Source: an uncultured Actinomycetes bacterium
GTDB taxonomy: Bacteria; Actinomycetota; Thermoleophilia; Gaiellales; JAICJC01
Assembly (NCBI GenBank): GCA_963709425.1
Contig: CAVPWG010000002.1
Span: 65,372 to 129,371 of the forward strand
DNA: 64,000 bases
Direction of reading: 5' to 3'
Below the pieces are notes generated by a model, which was given only the letters and a program-made list of their open reading frames with translations, was not told where the DNA came from and did no database searches. Made by a program: the position numbers and the translations under genes. Shown here piece after piece: positions 29,039-36,918 of this stretch. Within the stretch, counting starts at the first letter, position 1; each line of letters starts with the position of its first letter.

Positions 29039-29233
29039 CTAGCGTGAGGTGGTCAGCCCGAGGAGATTCTCCACATGGAGCATCTCGCCGCGGAAGCTGT
29101 TGTAGTCCTGCTCGCTGGCCGCCTTGAAGGCGGGGTCAGCACCGTCGCGCACGATGCGGAAACGATCGGTGGCGCTCTTCAGTGCCTGCGCAACGTTCAT
29201 CTCAGCAGTGCGGGTGGGGATGGAAGTCGTCAT
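29039..29233 (-). CDS. Small hypothetical protein (64 aa)
   Basis: A GAGAGGAA ribosome-binding site lies upstream. The third-position bias looks coding, and a stem-loop follows the stop. Confidence 0.5.
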   Translation of the reverse strand: MTTSIPTRTAEMNVAQALKSATDRFRIVRDGADPAFKAASEQDYNSFRGEMLHVENLLGLTTSR

Positions 29234-29541
29234 GCTGTTCCTCTCAGTTCAGGCTCTCTTCGGCCTGGTATGTCCACCGTATCACGACTATGGCCTATAT
29301 GCAATACGATAGATACCGTCAAAGGGCATAATCCGCACCGATCGGGCGCCCTAGGTCTCGAACTCGATAGACAGTTCGATGTGCCAGCCCATTATTCTGG
29401 CGATCGTAGAACCACCGTTGGCGGTGCAGGTAGCGACGGCGCGACCCTTGGCAGGTTCCACCAGCGTTGACCCGAAGCGCGGCGAGATCCTGCTCGTCGC
29501 AGGCGATCGACCACCCGCCAACGACTAGACCGCGACTGGCC

Positions 29542-29993
29542 CTACCGGGCCACTGACTCAGCTGCCTTCTTGAGGTGGCCGAGCCATGCCATCAGCGACC
29601 CGTCGAGCAGGGTTTGCATCCCGGCCGCGTCGGCTTCGACCGGCTCTCCTGCGAATGACTCGTTGGTCTCCACGTGGGCGCCGCCGGGTGTCTCACGGAA
29701 GATCCATTCGTGGACGCCGGTGATCCCGCCGGCGGTACCTCCCAGAGCACGCGGGATCGTTCGGACAGGTTGTAGATCGTGGAAGTTACGGGGAATCCGT
29801 AGCTCGACCAGTCGAACGAGGCTCCTTCCTCGAACGCGCCATCGAGGTGCGCCTCGGTGACGTCGGTCTGCCAGATCGGCCACGTGTTGACCTCAACGTG
29901 GAGTCGCCACACGACGTCCAGCGGCGCCGCTATCTCGGTCTCGTGGTGAGAAACCACGGGTGCGTCACGATCGATGGCCGTGGGCGTTGTCAT
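29542..29993 (-). pseudogene. SRPBCC-superfamily protein (polyketide cyclase/AHSA1-like), one frameshift
   Basis: The N-terminal part (APLDVVWRLHVEVNTWPIWQTDV...TSTIYNLSERSRVLW) is in the frame of ORF 29592..29993. The C-terminal part (GGTAGGITGVHEWIFRETPGGAHVETNESFAG...) is in the frame of ORF 29542..29883. The junction is at the CCC/GGG run 29741-29743. Confidence 0.7.
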
Positions 29994-31179
29994 GGCTCTC
30001 CTCCCGCGCGCTGGTCCGGGCTACGCGCCAGAGCCTAGCCCGTCCGATCAGTTCTCCGGCACGGATTCAGCCGCATGACACACCCGCCGATGCATCGAGC
30101 CTCGGCGTCGACCATCCGGGGCGCGGATTTCGAGTACCCCCCGCTTCTCCTCTTCGCCGGCGGGCGCGGTCTTACCGGGACGCCCGAGACGTTGCGGCGC
30201 TGAGGGCGGGCCGAGGCGGGGGAGGCCGCCGTGGCGGACGGCCTCCGCACCCCTTCGACTCCTGCCTCGCGGGAGGAACCCTTGGCAGTCTGCCCCGAGT
30301 CGTGAGCGACGATATCCGCCCGCAACGACAACGCGATGGCCGCTATCCATCTTTTCACGAGCGCTCGCCGGTCAGGCGGGACATGCGCGAGCGGTTCGCT
30401 AACCTGAAGGGGTGCCCGCGCCGGGCCCTACCGCGCCCGCCGGGCTAGCCGCGTCTCGTCCTACACCCACGGCTCGGCTCCCCAAGTCGACGCCTCCCCC
30501 TAGGACGGGGCGCGGTGAAACAGTGGGGGCCGCCCGGTCGGTACCTAACCAGCAAGACGCGTTCTACGCGGGCCGGTGGCAACTCGTGCAGTTCCCGTCC
30601 CGGTCGAACCTGCCGCCGCACCAATCGCATCGTTCGACCCGGCTGGCCTTCGGCCGTGGGAGGAGCGTGGGCAGCACCACCGCTGTCAGCGTCACCGGCA
30701 CCCTGCGAATGCTACCTAACGGCGTCCGCACTCAGGCGTGGATGTAATCCTCGCGTTCTTGACCGCTCGCCGGACGTCGGCCTACGCGCCCTCGGCTGAC
30801 TGTCTATCCGCGGATGGCTCGAGCTCGTCGGCGTTCCATCACCGCGTCGATCGCCCAATGCTCGCGCTTCCGCCACTCGCCGCCTAGTTCTCGGCAGAGC
30901 CACCGCCCCGACTCGGAGCAGGCGACGGTCTCGAGGCCGGCAGAGCACCGGCCTGGGAGCGGCTGGTGGAGACGACCGCAGAGGGAGCACCGACTGCGTG
31001 GGTCGAGAGCCGTCACGGCAGGGCGGAGAGCTCGGCGTTCACGGCCCGACGTGCCTCCTTGAGGTGCGGCAGCATTTCGTTGCACCGGTCGAGACGCGTC
31101 GAGGTCGTCTGGCACCTGAATCTCGATGGTTCGCACGGTTCGGTCATCCTCGGTGTGTGCCGTATGTGCGCCACCCCGT

Positions 31180-31213
31180 AAAAAACCCCTGCAAGCGTTC
31201 TCCTCGAGCGGGG
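31180..31213 (-). terminator. Intrinsic-terminator-like hairpin followed by T6 (minus sense)
   Basis: The minus strand reads CCCCGC-N15-GC(A)GGGG-TTTTTT. This is one of very few T tracts in the window. Confidence 0.45.
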
Positions 31214-31278
31214 CCGCTTGGTTGAGCACAAAACGGCGTAGCCGTGCGCCTTGACACCCCTTGTCGCTTCGGTTCCAG

Positions 31279-31303
31279 TGCTGAAGGTGGGAGTCGAACC
31301 CGC
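31279..31303 (-). other. tRNA-like 3' fragment (T arm GCGGGTTCGACTCCCAC plus CTTCAGC-A), no matching 5' acceptor
   Basis: A canonical GGTTCGACTCC T loop was read on the minus strand. I could not fold a complete cloverleaf or a tRNA-Sec. Confidence 0.35.
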
Positions 31304-31438
31304 ACGGCCCGCGCGCGACCAATGAGTCGGCAGCGGTCGCTGCATCGTTCGCCGGGCACCTCGTACACGTCCCGTACACATTAGGCCACGAACAATCGAT
31401 TCGATGAGCAGGTTCCGCTCAACCAAGCCGTTCTAGAG

Positions 31439-31482
31439 TGGGCCGTGCTGGGATCGAACCAGCGACCTTGGGATTAAAAGTC
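31439..31482 (-). repeat. Proximal copy of the att-like direct repeat (3' half of tRNA-Lys)
   Basis: It matches 22888-22930: 40 nt are identical, then a one-A length difference, then GTC. Confidence 0.8.
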
Positions 31483-31511
31483 CCCTGCTCTACCAGCTGA
31501 GCTAACGGCCC
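31439..31511 (-). tRNA. tRNA-Lys (anticodon TTT)
   Basis: Hand-folded as GGGCCGT TA GCTC AGCTGGTA GAGC A GGGGA CTTTTAA TCCCA AGGTC GCTGG TTCGATC CCAGC ACGGCCC A. CCA is not encoded. Confidence 0.9.
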
Positions 31512-31546
31512 CAGGGAGCCAAGTGTAGGTGGTAGCTTGGGCGCCC

Positions 31547-32150
31547 ATGCTGCGCATCGGCCATCGCGGCGCAGCCGCTCTCGCGCCCGAGAACACCCTC
31601 GCCGCAATGCGCGCTGCGATCGGTGCTGGCGTGGACATGGTCGAGTTCGACGTGGCGCCCGGACTCGTCGTGGGCCACGACGGCGGCCCACCCCGGTCCC
31701 GGTCTCGCGTCATTCCTCGCCGAACTCGCAGAGATCGCCCCGCCCGAGCTCGGCTTCCTGGTCGATCTGAAGGGGTGCGGCTACGAGCGCGACACGCTCG
31801 CGGCGTGCGCGGTCGCCGGCCTCGCGGACCGGTGCGTGTTCTCGACCGGCGAGCTGCGCTCACTCATCGCGCTGAACGACGACGCCCGGACGAGTGCCAC
31901 GATCACGCCGGGCCGGTTCTGGGTGCCCTGGGGCAAGGTCACACCCGCCGACGTCCATGCCCGGTCCGGCGCCCGCGACGCAACGCTGCGACATGACATC
32001 GTCACCGCCGAGACCGTCACCGCCGTGCACGAGCGTGGCGGCCGGGTGCTCGCCTGGACCGTGAACACGCGCGACGGCATCGAGCGCATGCGCGCGCTCG
32101 GCTGCGACGGCGTCATCACCGACGACCCGCGACTGTTCCACGAGGAGTGA
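31547..32150 (+). pseudogene. Glycerophosphodiester phosphodiesterase (GDPD family), one frameshift
   Basis: MLRIGHRGAAALAPENTLAAMRAAIGAGVDMVEFDV...VVGHD is in one frame. PGLASFLAELAEI...LVDLKG...LAWTVNTRDGIERMRALGCDGVITDDP is in the +1 frame. The junction is at the CCCC run 31691-31694. Confidence 0.7.
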
Positions 32151-32152
32151 CC

Positions 32153-33160
32153 ATGCAGGCCAATCGCCCCAACGAGCCGTCCTATGGCGGCATCGCGACC
32201 TTCTCGAAGCTGCCGCTCGTGCTCGACCCGGCGGAGCTGGCCGGCGTGGACGTCGCGATCCTCGGTGCCCCGTTCGACGAGACCGTCTCCAACCGGCCCG
32301 GGAGCCGCTACGGGCCGCGCGCGATCCGGGCCGCCGACGACTCGCAGGGAGTGCCGCCGTCGCGACCGCACATGTGGCTCGGCATCGACCCGTTCGCGGA
32401 GCTTCGCGTGGTCGACTACGGCGACGCCGAGACCGTGCCGGGGAACGCCGCCGAGAGCCACGCGCAGGTGCGCCGCCGGGTCGGAGAGATCTGTGCGGCC
32501 GGGGCCGTCCCGATCATCCTCGGCGGCGACCACTCCGTCGCCCACCCGAACCTGGCGGCGGTCGCCGAGCACCGCGGGAAGGGCGCCGTCGGCGTGATCC
32601 ACTTCGACGCACACGCCGACACCGCCGCCTCCCTGTCGGGCGTCGTCCGCTCACACGGCACGCCGATGCGGCTCGTGGTCGACGAGGGCTGGGTGCGCGG
32701 CGACCGGTTCATCCAGGTCGGTCTGCGCGGATGGTGGCCGGAGGCGGAGGAGTTCCGGTGGATGCGGAACGTCGGGTTCCACTGGTACACGATGTACGAG
32801 ATCGACGAGCGCGGCTTCGACGTGTGCCTCTCGGAGCTGATCCGGGCGGCGCAGGACTGGGGCCAGCACGTGTACCTCTCGATCGACGTCGACGCGCTTG
32901 ACCCGGCCTACGCGCCGGGAACGGGAACGCCCGAGGTCGGCGGGCTCACGATGCGCGAGCTGCTCCGCGCTGCGCGCCGGATCACGGCCGAGCTCCCCAT
33001 CGCGGGAATCGAGGTCGTGGAGGTCGCGCCGGCCTACGACCCGTCCGGGATCACCGCCGTGAACGCCCACCGGCTGGTGATCGAGGCACTCTCCGGACTG
33101 GCCCTCGGCCGGAGCGGCCGCGACCCCCAACCGGAGCACGATGGGCGACCACATGTGTAA
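32153..33160 (+). CDS. Agmatinase/arginase-family ureohydrolase
   Basis: Mn-ligand motifs GGDHSVA, IHFDAHADT and SIDVDALDP are present. GAGGAG lies 5 nt before ATG 32153. Confidence 0.85.
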   Translation: MQANRPNEPSYGGIATFSKLPLVLDPAELAGVDVAILGAPFDETVSNRPGSRYGPRAIRAADDSQGVPPSRPHMWLGIDPFAELRVVDYGDAETVPGNAAESHAQVRRRVGEICAAGAVPIILGGDHSVAHPNLAAVAEHRGKGAVGVIHFDAHADTAASLSGVVRSHGTPMRLVVDEGWVRGDRFIQVGLRGWWPEAEEFRWMRNVGFHWYTMYEIDERGFDVCLSELIRAAQDWGQHVYLSIDVDALDPAYAPGTGTPEVGGLTMRELLRAARRITAELPIAGIEVVEVAPAYDPSGITAVNAHRLVIEALSGLALGRSGRDPQPEHDGRPHV

Positions 33161-33212
33161 TGCTGCCCACCGGATGGGAACTGTTCACCGCCGTCGAACG
33201 TATTAACTGCAG

Positions 33213-33392
33213 ATGACCTCTGGCAAGCCCGCAACGATCCTTCCGCTCACCAAGGACGCCGCTTGGCGGCGGTACCTCGAACTGACCCGCGACGTGGACG
33301 CTGCCGACTACGCCGAGACGGAAGCCGAGGCCTGGGAGGAGCTCCAGGCCGCTCTGGAGCGCATTCCGGCCCGTCCGGACGACGCGGCCTGA
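33213..33392 (+). CDS. Untracked small ORF (59 aa, acidic, helical)
   Basis: Hand translation gives MTSGKPATILPLTKDAAWRRYLELTRDVDAADYAETEAEAWEELQAALERIPARPDDAA. Third positions are strongly G/C. Confidence 0.45.
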   Translation: MTSGKPATILPLTKDAAWRRYLELTRDVDAADYAETEAEAWEELQAALERIPARPDDAA

Positions 33393-33410
33393 CCGGTATC
33401 CTGCCCGCGC

Positions 33411-33483
33411 GCCCCCATCGGCTAGCGGCCTAGGCCCCCGCCCTTTCAAGGCGGTAACACGGGTTCGAATCCCGTTGGGGGTA
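33411..33483 (+). tRNA. tRNA-Glu (anticodon TTC)
   Basis: Hand-folded as GCCCCCA TC GGC TAGCGGCCTAG GCC C CCGCC CTTTCAA GGCGG TAAC ACGGG TTCGAAT CCCGT TGGGGGT A. Confidence 0.9.
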
Positions 33484-33653
33484 TCCGGATCGGCGTCGAT
33501 GCGACACCCGCATGGTTGGGCGGGTCACACGTGTCGCTGGGGCCACCAATGGGCGTGTGGCCCCCCTCGGTGGGCCGGCCCGATCCATCGATGGGACGGC
33601 CTCCGCACATCGCGACGCCTTCGTGGCGGCGTCCACCGGCCCACGGCCGTACT

Positions 33654-34064
33654 TCACGACGTCACCTCCTCACGTGTCTCGAGTTCGGCGAGCAGCGCGT
33701 CCACGCGGCTCGCGATCTGGTCGCGGATTCGGCGGACGTCCTCGATTGGGCGCCCGGCCGGGTCATCGAGTTCCCAGTCGATGTAGCGCTTGCCGGGGAC
33801 ATAGGGGCACTCATCGCCGCAGCCCATGGTCACGACGAGATCGGCCCATTGCATGTCGGCCTGGTCGAGCTTGTGCGGCTGGTTGGCGGCCAGGTCGATG
33901 CCGAGCTCGTGCATGACCTCGACCACCTCCGCGTGGACGTGCTGGGCGGGGCGACTGCCGGCCGAGCGCGCCTCATGCGTTCCGCCCGCAGCGTGCCGGA
34001 AGAGCGCTTGGGCGATCTGGGAGCGGCCGGCGTTTTGGATGCAGACGAACAGGACGTGGCTCAT
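33654..34064 (-). CDS. arsC: Arsenate reductase, LMW-PTP / thioredoxin-coupled type
   Basis: A CX5R P-loop (VCIQNAGRS) and downstream GCGDECP cysteines are present. The ATG overlaps the upstream stop (ATGA). Confidence 0.85.
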   Translation of the reverse strand: MSHVLFVCIQNAGRSQIAQALFRHAAGGTHEARSAGSRPAQHVHAEVVEVMHELGIDLAANQPHKLDQADMQWADLVVTMGCGDECPYVPGKRYIDWELDDPAGRPIEDVRRIRDQIASRVDALLAELETREEVTS

Positions 34065-34774
34065 GCCGCCTCCCGGGCCTGGGTGGTCTCGGCGACCGGC
34101 GACGGCGCGGCGACCGGTTCGGTTCGAAGGAACTGGTAGGCAACCGCGGCCAGCGTGGCACCGACCAGCGGCGCAGCGATATAGACCCAGATCGCGGTGT
34201 AGTCGTTGGCGGCGATGGCGGGGCCGAGGGAGCGGGCCGGGTTCATCGAGGCGCCGGTGACCGGCCCGCCGAACATAGCGTCCAGGCCGACCGTGCCGCC
34301 GATCGCGATCGCGGCCGCCTCGCCGACCGCGCGGGTGTCGGTGGCGACAGCCATGATCACGAACATCAGGAAGAAGGTCAGCACTCCCTCCCACAGAGAC
34401 GCCTGACCGTCCGAGCCCGCGGGGACCGTCGCGCCGACGTGGGCGATGTCGCCCAGTGAGCCGCGCAGGATGAGCGCCGCCGCGAGAGCGCCGGCCAGCT
34501 GTGCCAGCCAGTAGGCGATCACGCGTGGCCACGGGAAGTGGCGCGAGATGGCGAAGGCGAACGTGACCGCCGGGTTGAAGTGCGCACCGGAGATGTGGCC
34601 GACCGCGTAGATCATGACCATGATCACCAAGCCGAAGCTGATCGCCACGCCGACGTGACCGAGCGCGCCCGTCTTCGCATCGACCATGATGGCGCCGCAG
34701 CCGGCGAAGACGAGCGCGAACGTGCCGATCAGTTCGGCTACCAACGAACGCACCAGTTGGCGGTCGCCTAGCAA
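34061..34774 (-). CDS. MIP-family aquaglyceroporin (putative arsenite channel)
   Basis: Two NPA boxes (HFNPAVT, SMNPARS) and six TM segments are present. It sits between arsR and arsC. Confidence 0.85.
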   Translation of the reverse strand: MLGDRQLVRSLVAELIGTFALVFAGCGAIMVDAKTGALGHVGVAISFGLVIMVMIYAVGHISGAHFNPAVTFAFAISRHFPWPRVIAYWLAQLAGALAAALILRGSLGDIAHVGATVPAGSDGQASLWEGVLTFFLMFVIMAVATDTRAVGEAAAIAIGGTVGLDAMFGGPVTGASMNPARSLGPAIAANDYTAIWVYIAAPLVGATLAAVAYQFLRTEPVAAPSPVAETTQAREAA

Positions 34775-34835
34775 CAGCCCGCCTTCGCCGTCGGCTCGAC
34801 GATCGGCAGTCCCTTGGCGTCAGGCGTCTGGGTCT

Positions 34836-35192
34836 TCACCTGTCATCACGTGCAGACACTCCTTCCAGATCAACCATGGCCGTGAGCTTCTCCACCGCCT
34901 CATGCTTCAACGAGAAGTAGGCCCACTTGCCGCGCTGCTCCCGCTCGAGCAGGCCGACGTCCATCAGCTTCTTCAGGTGATGAGAGACCGTGGGCTGGGA
35001 CAGGCCGAGCGGTTCGATCAGGTTGCAGACGCACACCGGCTCGCCAGTTGTGGCGAGCACGTTCACGATCCGCACCCGCGCCGGATCCGCCAACGCCTTG
35101 AACACCTCTGCGGTCGCTCTCGCCTCCTCGTCCGACAGCGTCGATGCCGCAAGTGGCCCACAGCATGCGACCGCCTCAGCCACTGCGCTCAC
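34836..35192 (-). CDS. arsR: ArsR/SmtB-family metalloregulator
   Basis: FKALADPARVRIVNVLA...PVCVCNLIEPLGLSQPTVSHHLKKL carries a CVC metal site plus an HTH. GTG 35192 lies 5 nt after AGGAGG. Confidence 0.85.
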   Translation of the reverse strand: MSAVAEAVACCGPLAASTLSDEEARATAEVFKALADPARVRIVNVLATTGEPVCVCNLIEPLGLSQPTVSHHLKKLMDVGLLEREQRGKWAYFSLKHEAVEKLTAMVDLEGVSARDDR

Positions 35193-35423
35193 CCCAACCT
35201 CCTGAGCAACAAACGCCCCTCCCTGCTCGTATCGACCGCCGTCAATATATCGAGGAACGTCGATGCGTGCAAAAAGGCGCCGGCTCGTAGTGGGCATGTC
35301 CATGGGAACTCACGGCAAGCCGGTCATCGCCTGGTGAACCACCGCCCCGCAGTGGTGGCAGCGTCGAGTTCGAGTCGCCGGGGTGGGCGGAGCCTCGATT
35401 CGGGGCTCCGCCCACCGTCCCGC

Positions 35424-36248
35424 CTAGGCGGGCTGGATCGGTCGCCGTCGCCTGCTGGCGGCGGCGAACCCGGCCGCGGCGATCATGATGCCGGCGGCTC
35501 CGGCCAGGGCCGCCTCCTCTGCGGCAGACAGCGATGAGCTGCCGCCACCGGACGCGGCCGCCCTCCCGGCCACAGCCGTCTGCACACCCGCGCCGCCCAT
35601 CGTGGTCGCGGGCGACTCGGACGGCGCAGGCGCCTGAGACGCAGTCGCGCCGCCCGTGATCGTCGCCGGTGAGGCCGGCGTGGCGGTGACCGTGTCGGTG
35701 GGCTCGAGACCGGCCCCACCGATGGTCGTTGCCGGCGCCAGAGCCGGATCGAGAGGCCCGGCCGTGTCGGCACCGCCGATCGTGGCGGCCGGAGCCTGCA
35801 CCGCGGCAGGCGCCGATGCCACCGTCGCAGCGCCACCGGCTGAAACGGCGGTCGGGTGCGCCTGAGCGACACCCGCCGTCGACGCAGCCGATACGGCCAC
35901 CACCGTGAGGACAAGCGCCTTCTCGCGCAGACCATGCGCCTCGACGTCAGCCTCGGCGTCCATCACCGAGGTCATCTCGTCACGGTCAAACGCGATCGTC
36001 ACCTCCTCTGCCTCACCTTCACCCAGCAGCCGCTCCAGATCGGCCGCGCTCCACTCAACCGCGATCGAGTGAGCCTCTACATCGGCCCCCTGACCGCGTC
36101 TCACGTCGAGCACAAGCTCGGCCGGGCCGAGCCCGGAGCGGGCCGCCTCTTCGATGTCCGCCCGGCGAAGTGTCGCCGTCACGCCTCGCGAAGAGACGTC
36201 AAACGGCGCACCCTCCGCCAGTCGGACCGTGCGGGCTGTCCCCTCCAT
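35424..36248 (-). CDS. Hypothetical repeat protein: N-terminal domain, internal hydrophobic segment, 4x P-A-T-(T)-[IM]-[GT]-G-A repeats, C-terminal TM anchor
   Basis: ATG 36248 follows AAGGGGG. The repeats are APAATIGGAD, APATTIGGAG, SPATITGGAT and SPATTMGGAG. The tail reads AGIMIAAAGFAAASRRRRP. Confidence 0.55.
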   Translation of the reverse strand: MEGTARTVRLAEGAPFDVSSRGVTATLRRADIEEAARSGLGPAELVLDVRRGQGADVEAHSIAVEWSAADLERLLGEGEAEEVTIAFDRDEMTSVMDAEADVEAHGLREKALVLTVVAVSAASTAGVAQAHPTAVSAGGAATVASAPAAVQAPAATIGGADTAGPLDPALAPATTIGGAGLEPTDTVTATPASPATITGGATASQAPAPSESPATTMGGAGVQTAVAGRAAASGGGSSSLSAAEEAALAGAAGIMIAAAGFAAASRRRRPIQPA

Positions 36249-36363
36249 GCATCCCCCTTTCGGAGATCTGCGCCCTTCCGGAACGGGCGCACCAACCACA
36301 AGACGCACCAATCCGGTGCGATCTTCTCGCGCCCCGGTGACGACGGGTGCGATGGACTTGACA

Positions 36364-36395
36364 ATGCATCGCGGAGATATATCATACCGATGCAT
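36364..36395. promoter_or_regulatory. Inverted repeat ATGCATCG-N16-CGATGCAT overlapping a TTGACA/TATATC-like promoter and the PadR start codon
   Basis: Perfect 8-bp arms were read directly. The ATG 36394 lies inside the right arm. Confidence 0.55.
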
Positions 36396-36918
36396 GGAGC
36401 CGACCGCCGCAACCTGGGCCGTCCTCGGCCTGGTCGCACTCGAGCCGAGGAGCGGCTACGACATCAAGCGCATCGTCGATCGCACGATCCGGCATTTCTG
36501 GGCCGCGAGCTATGGCCAGATCTACCCGGAGCTGAAGCGGCTCGAAGAGGCTGGCTGGATCAGCGGCAACAACGTCCCGCGAGGCGGACGGGCGCGCCGG
36601 ATCTACCGGATCACGCCCTCCGGCTCCCAGGCGTTGCGCGACTGGATGCACGGGCGCGAGACGCGCGTGGAGCTGCGCGACGAATCCCTTCTGCGGCTGT
36701 TCTTTGCCGACACATTGCCGCACGATCACGCGCTGGGACTGCTGGCGGCCCGCCGGGACGGCTACCGACAGATGCTCGAGCACCTGCGCGGCCTCGACGA
36801 CGGCACCGGTCCCGATCCCCCGTTCGTCGACCTCGTCTACCGGTGGGCGCTCGACTACTGCGAATGGGGGATCGAATGGTGCGACCGGCAGCGGCGCCGC
36901 CTGGAGCGGGCGGCATGA
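36394..36918 (+). CDS. PadR-family transcriptional regulator
   Basis: WAVLGLVALEPRSGYDIKRIV...GQIYPELKRLEEAGWI...RRIYRITPSGSQAL is present. Confidence 0.8.
   Translation: MEPTAATWAVLGLVALEPRSGYDIKRIVDRTIRHFWAASYGQIYPELKRLEEAGWISGNNVPRGGRARRIYRITPSGSQALRDWMHGRETRVELRDESLLRLFFADTLPHDHALGLLAARRDGYRQMLEHLRGLDDGTGPDPPFVDLVYRWALDYCEWGIEWCDRQRRRLERAA

Larger units (their letters stand above)
22888..31482. mobile_element. Putative integrated genomic island at tRNA-Lys (about 8.6 kb, repeat to repeat)
   Basis: It has flanking direct repeats of the tRNA 3' half and an internal recombinase gene. By eye it shows AT-richer stretches and more A/T-ending codons than the flanks, plus several disrupted or unassignable ORFs. 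Confidence 0.65.

Noticed and set aside
31230-31400. tRNA-Sec (selC) or tmRNA 3' end, considered because the window encodes a selenoprotein.
   Set aside because: I found no 8- or 9-bp acceptor pairing, no UCA in a 7-nt loop and no 5' partner for CTTCAGC. A tmRNA would have to overlap tRNA-Lys. It is kept only as a tRNA-like fragment.
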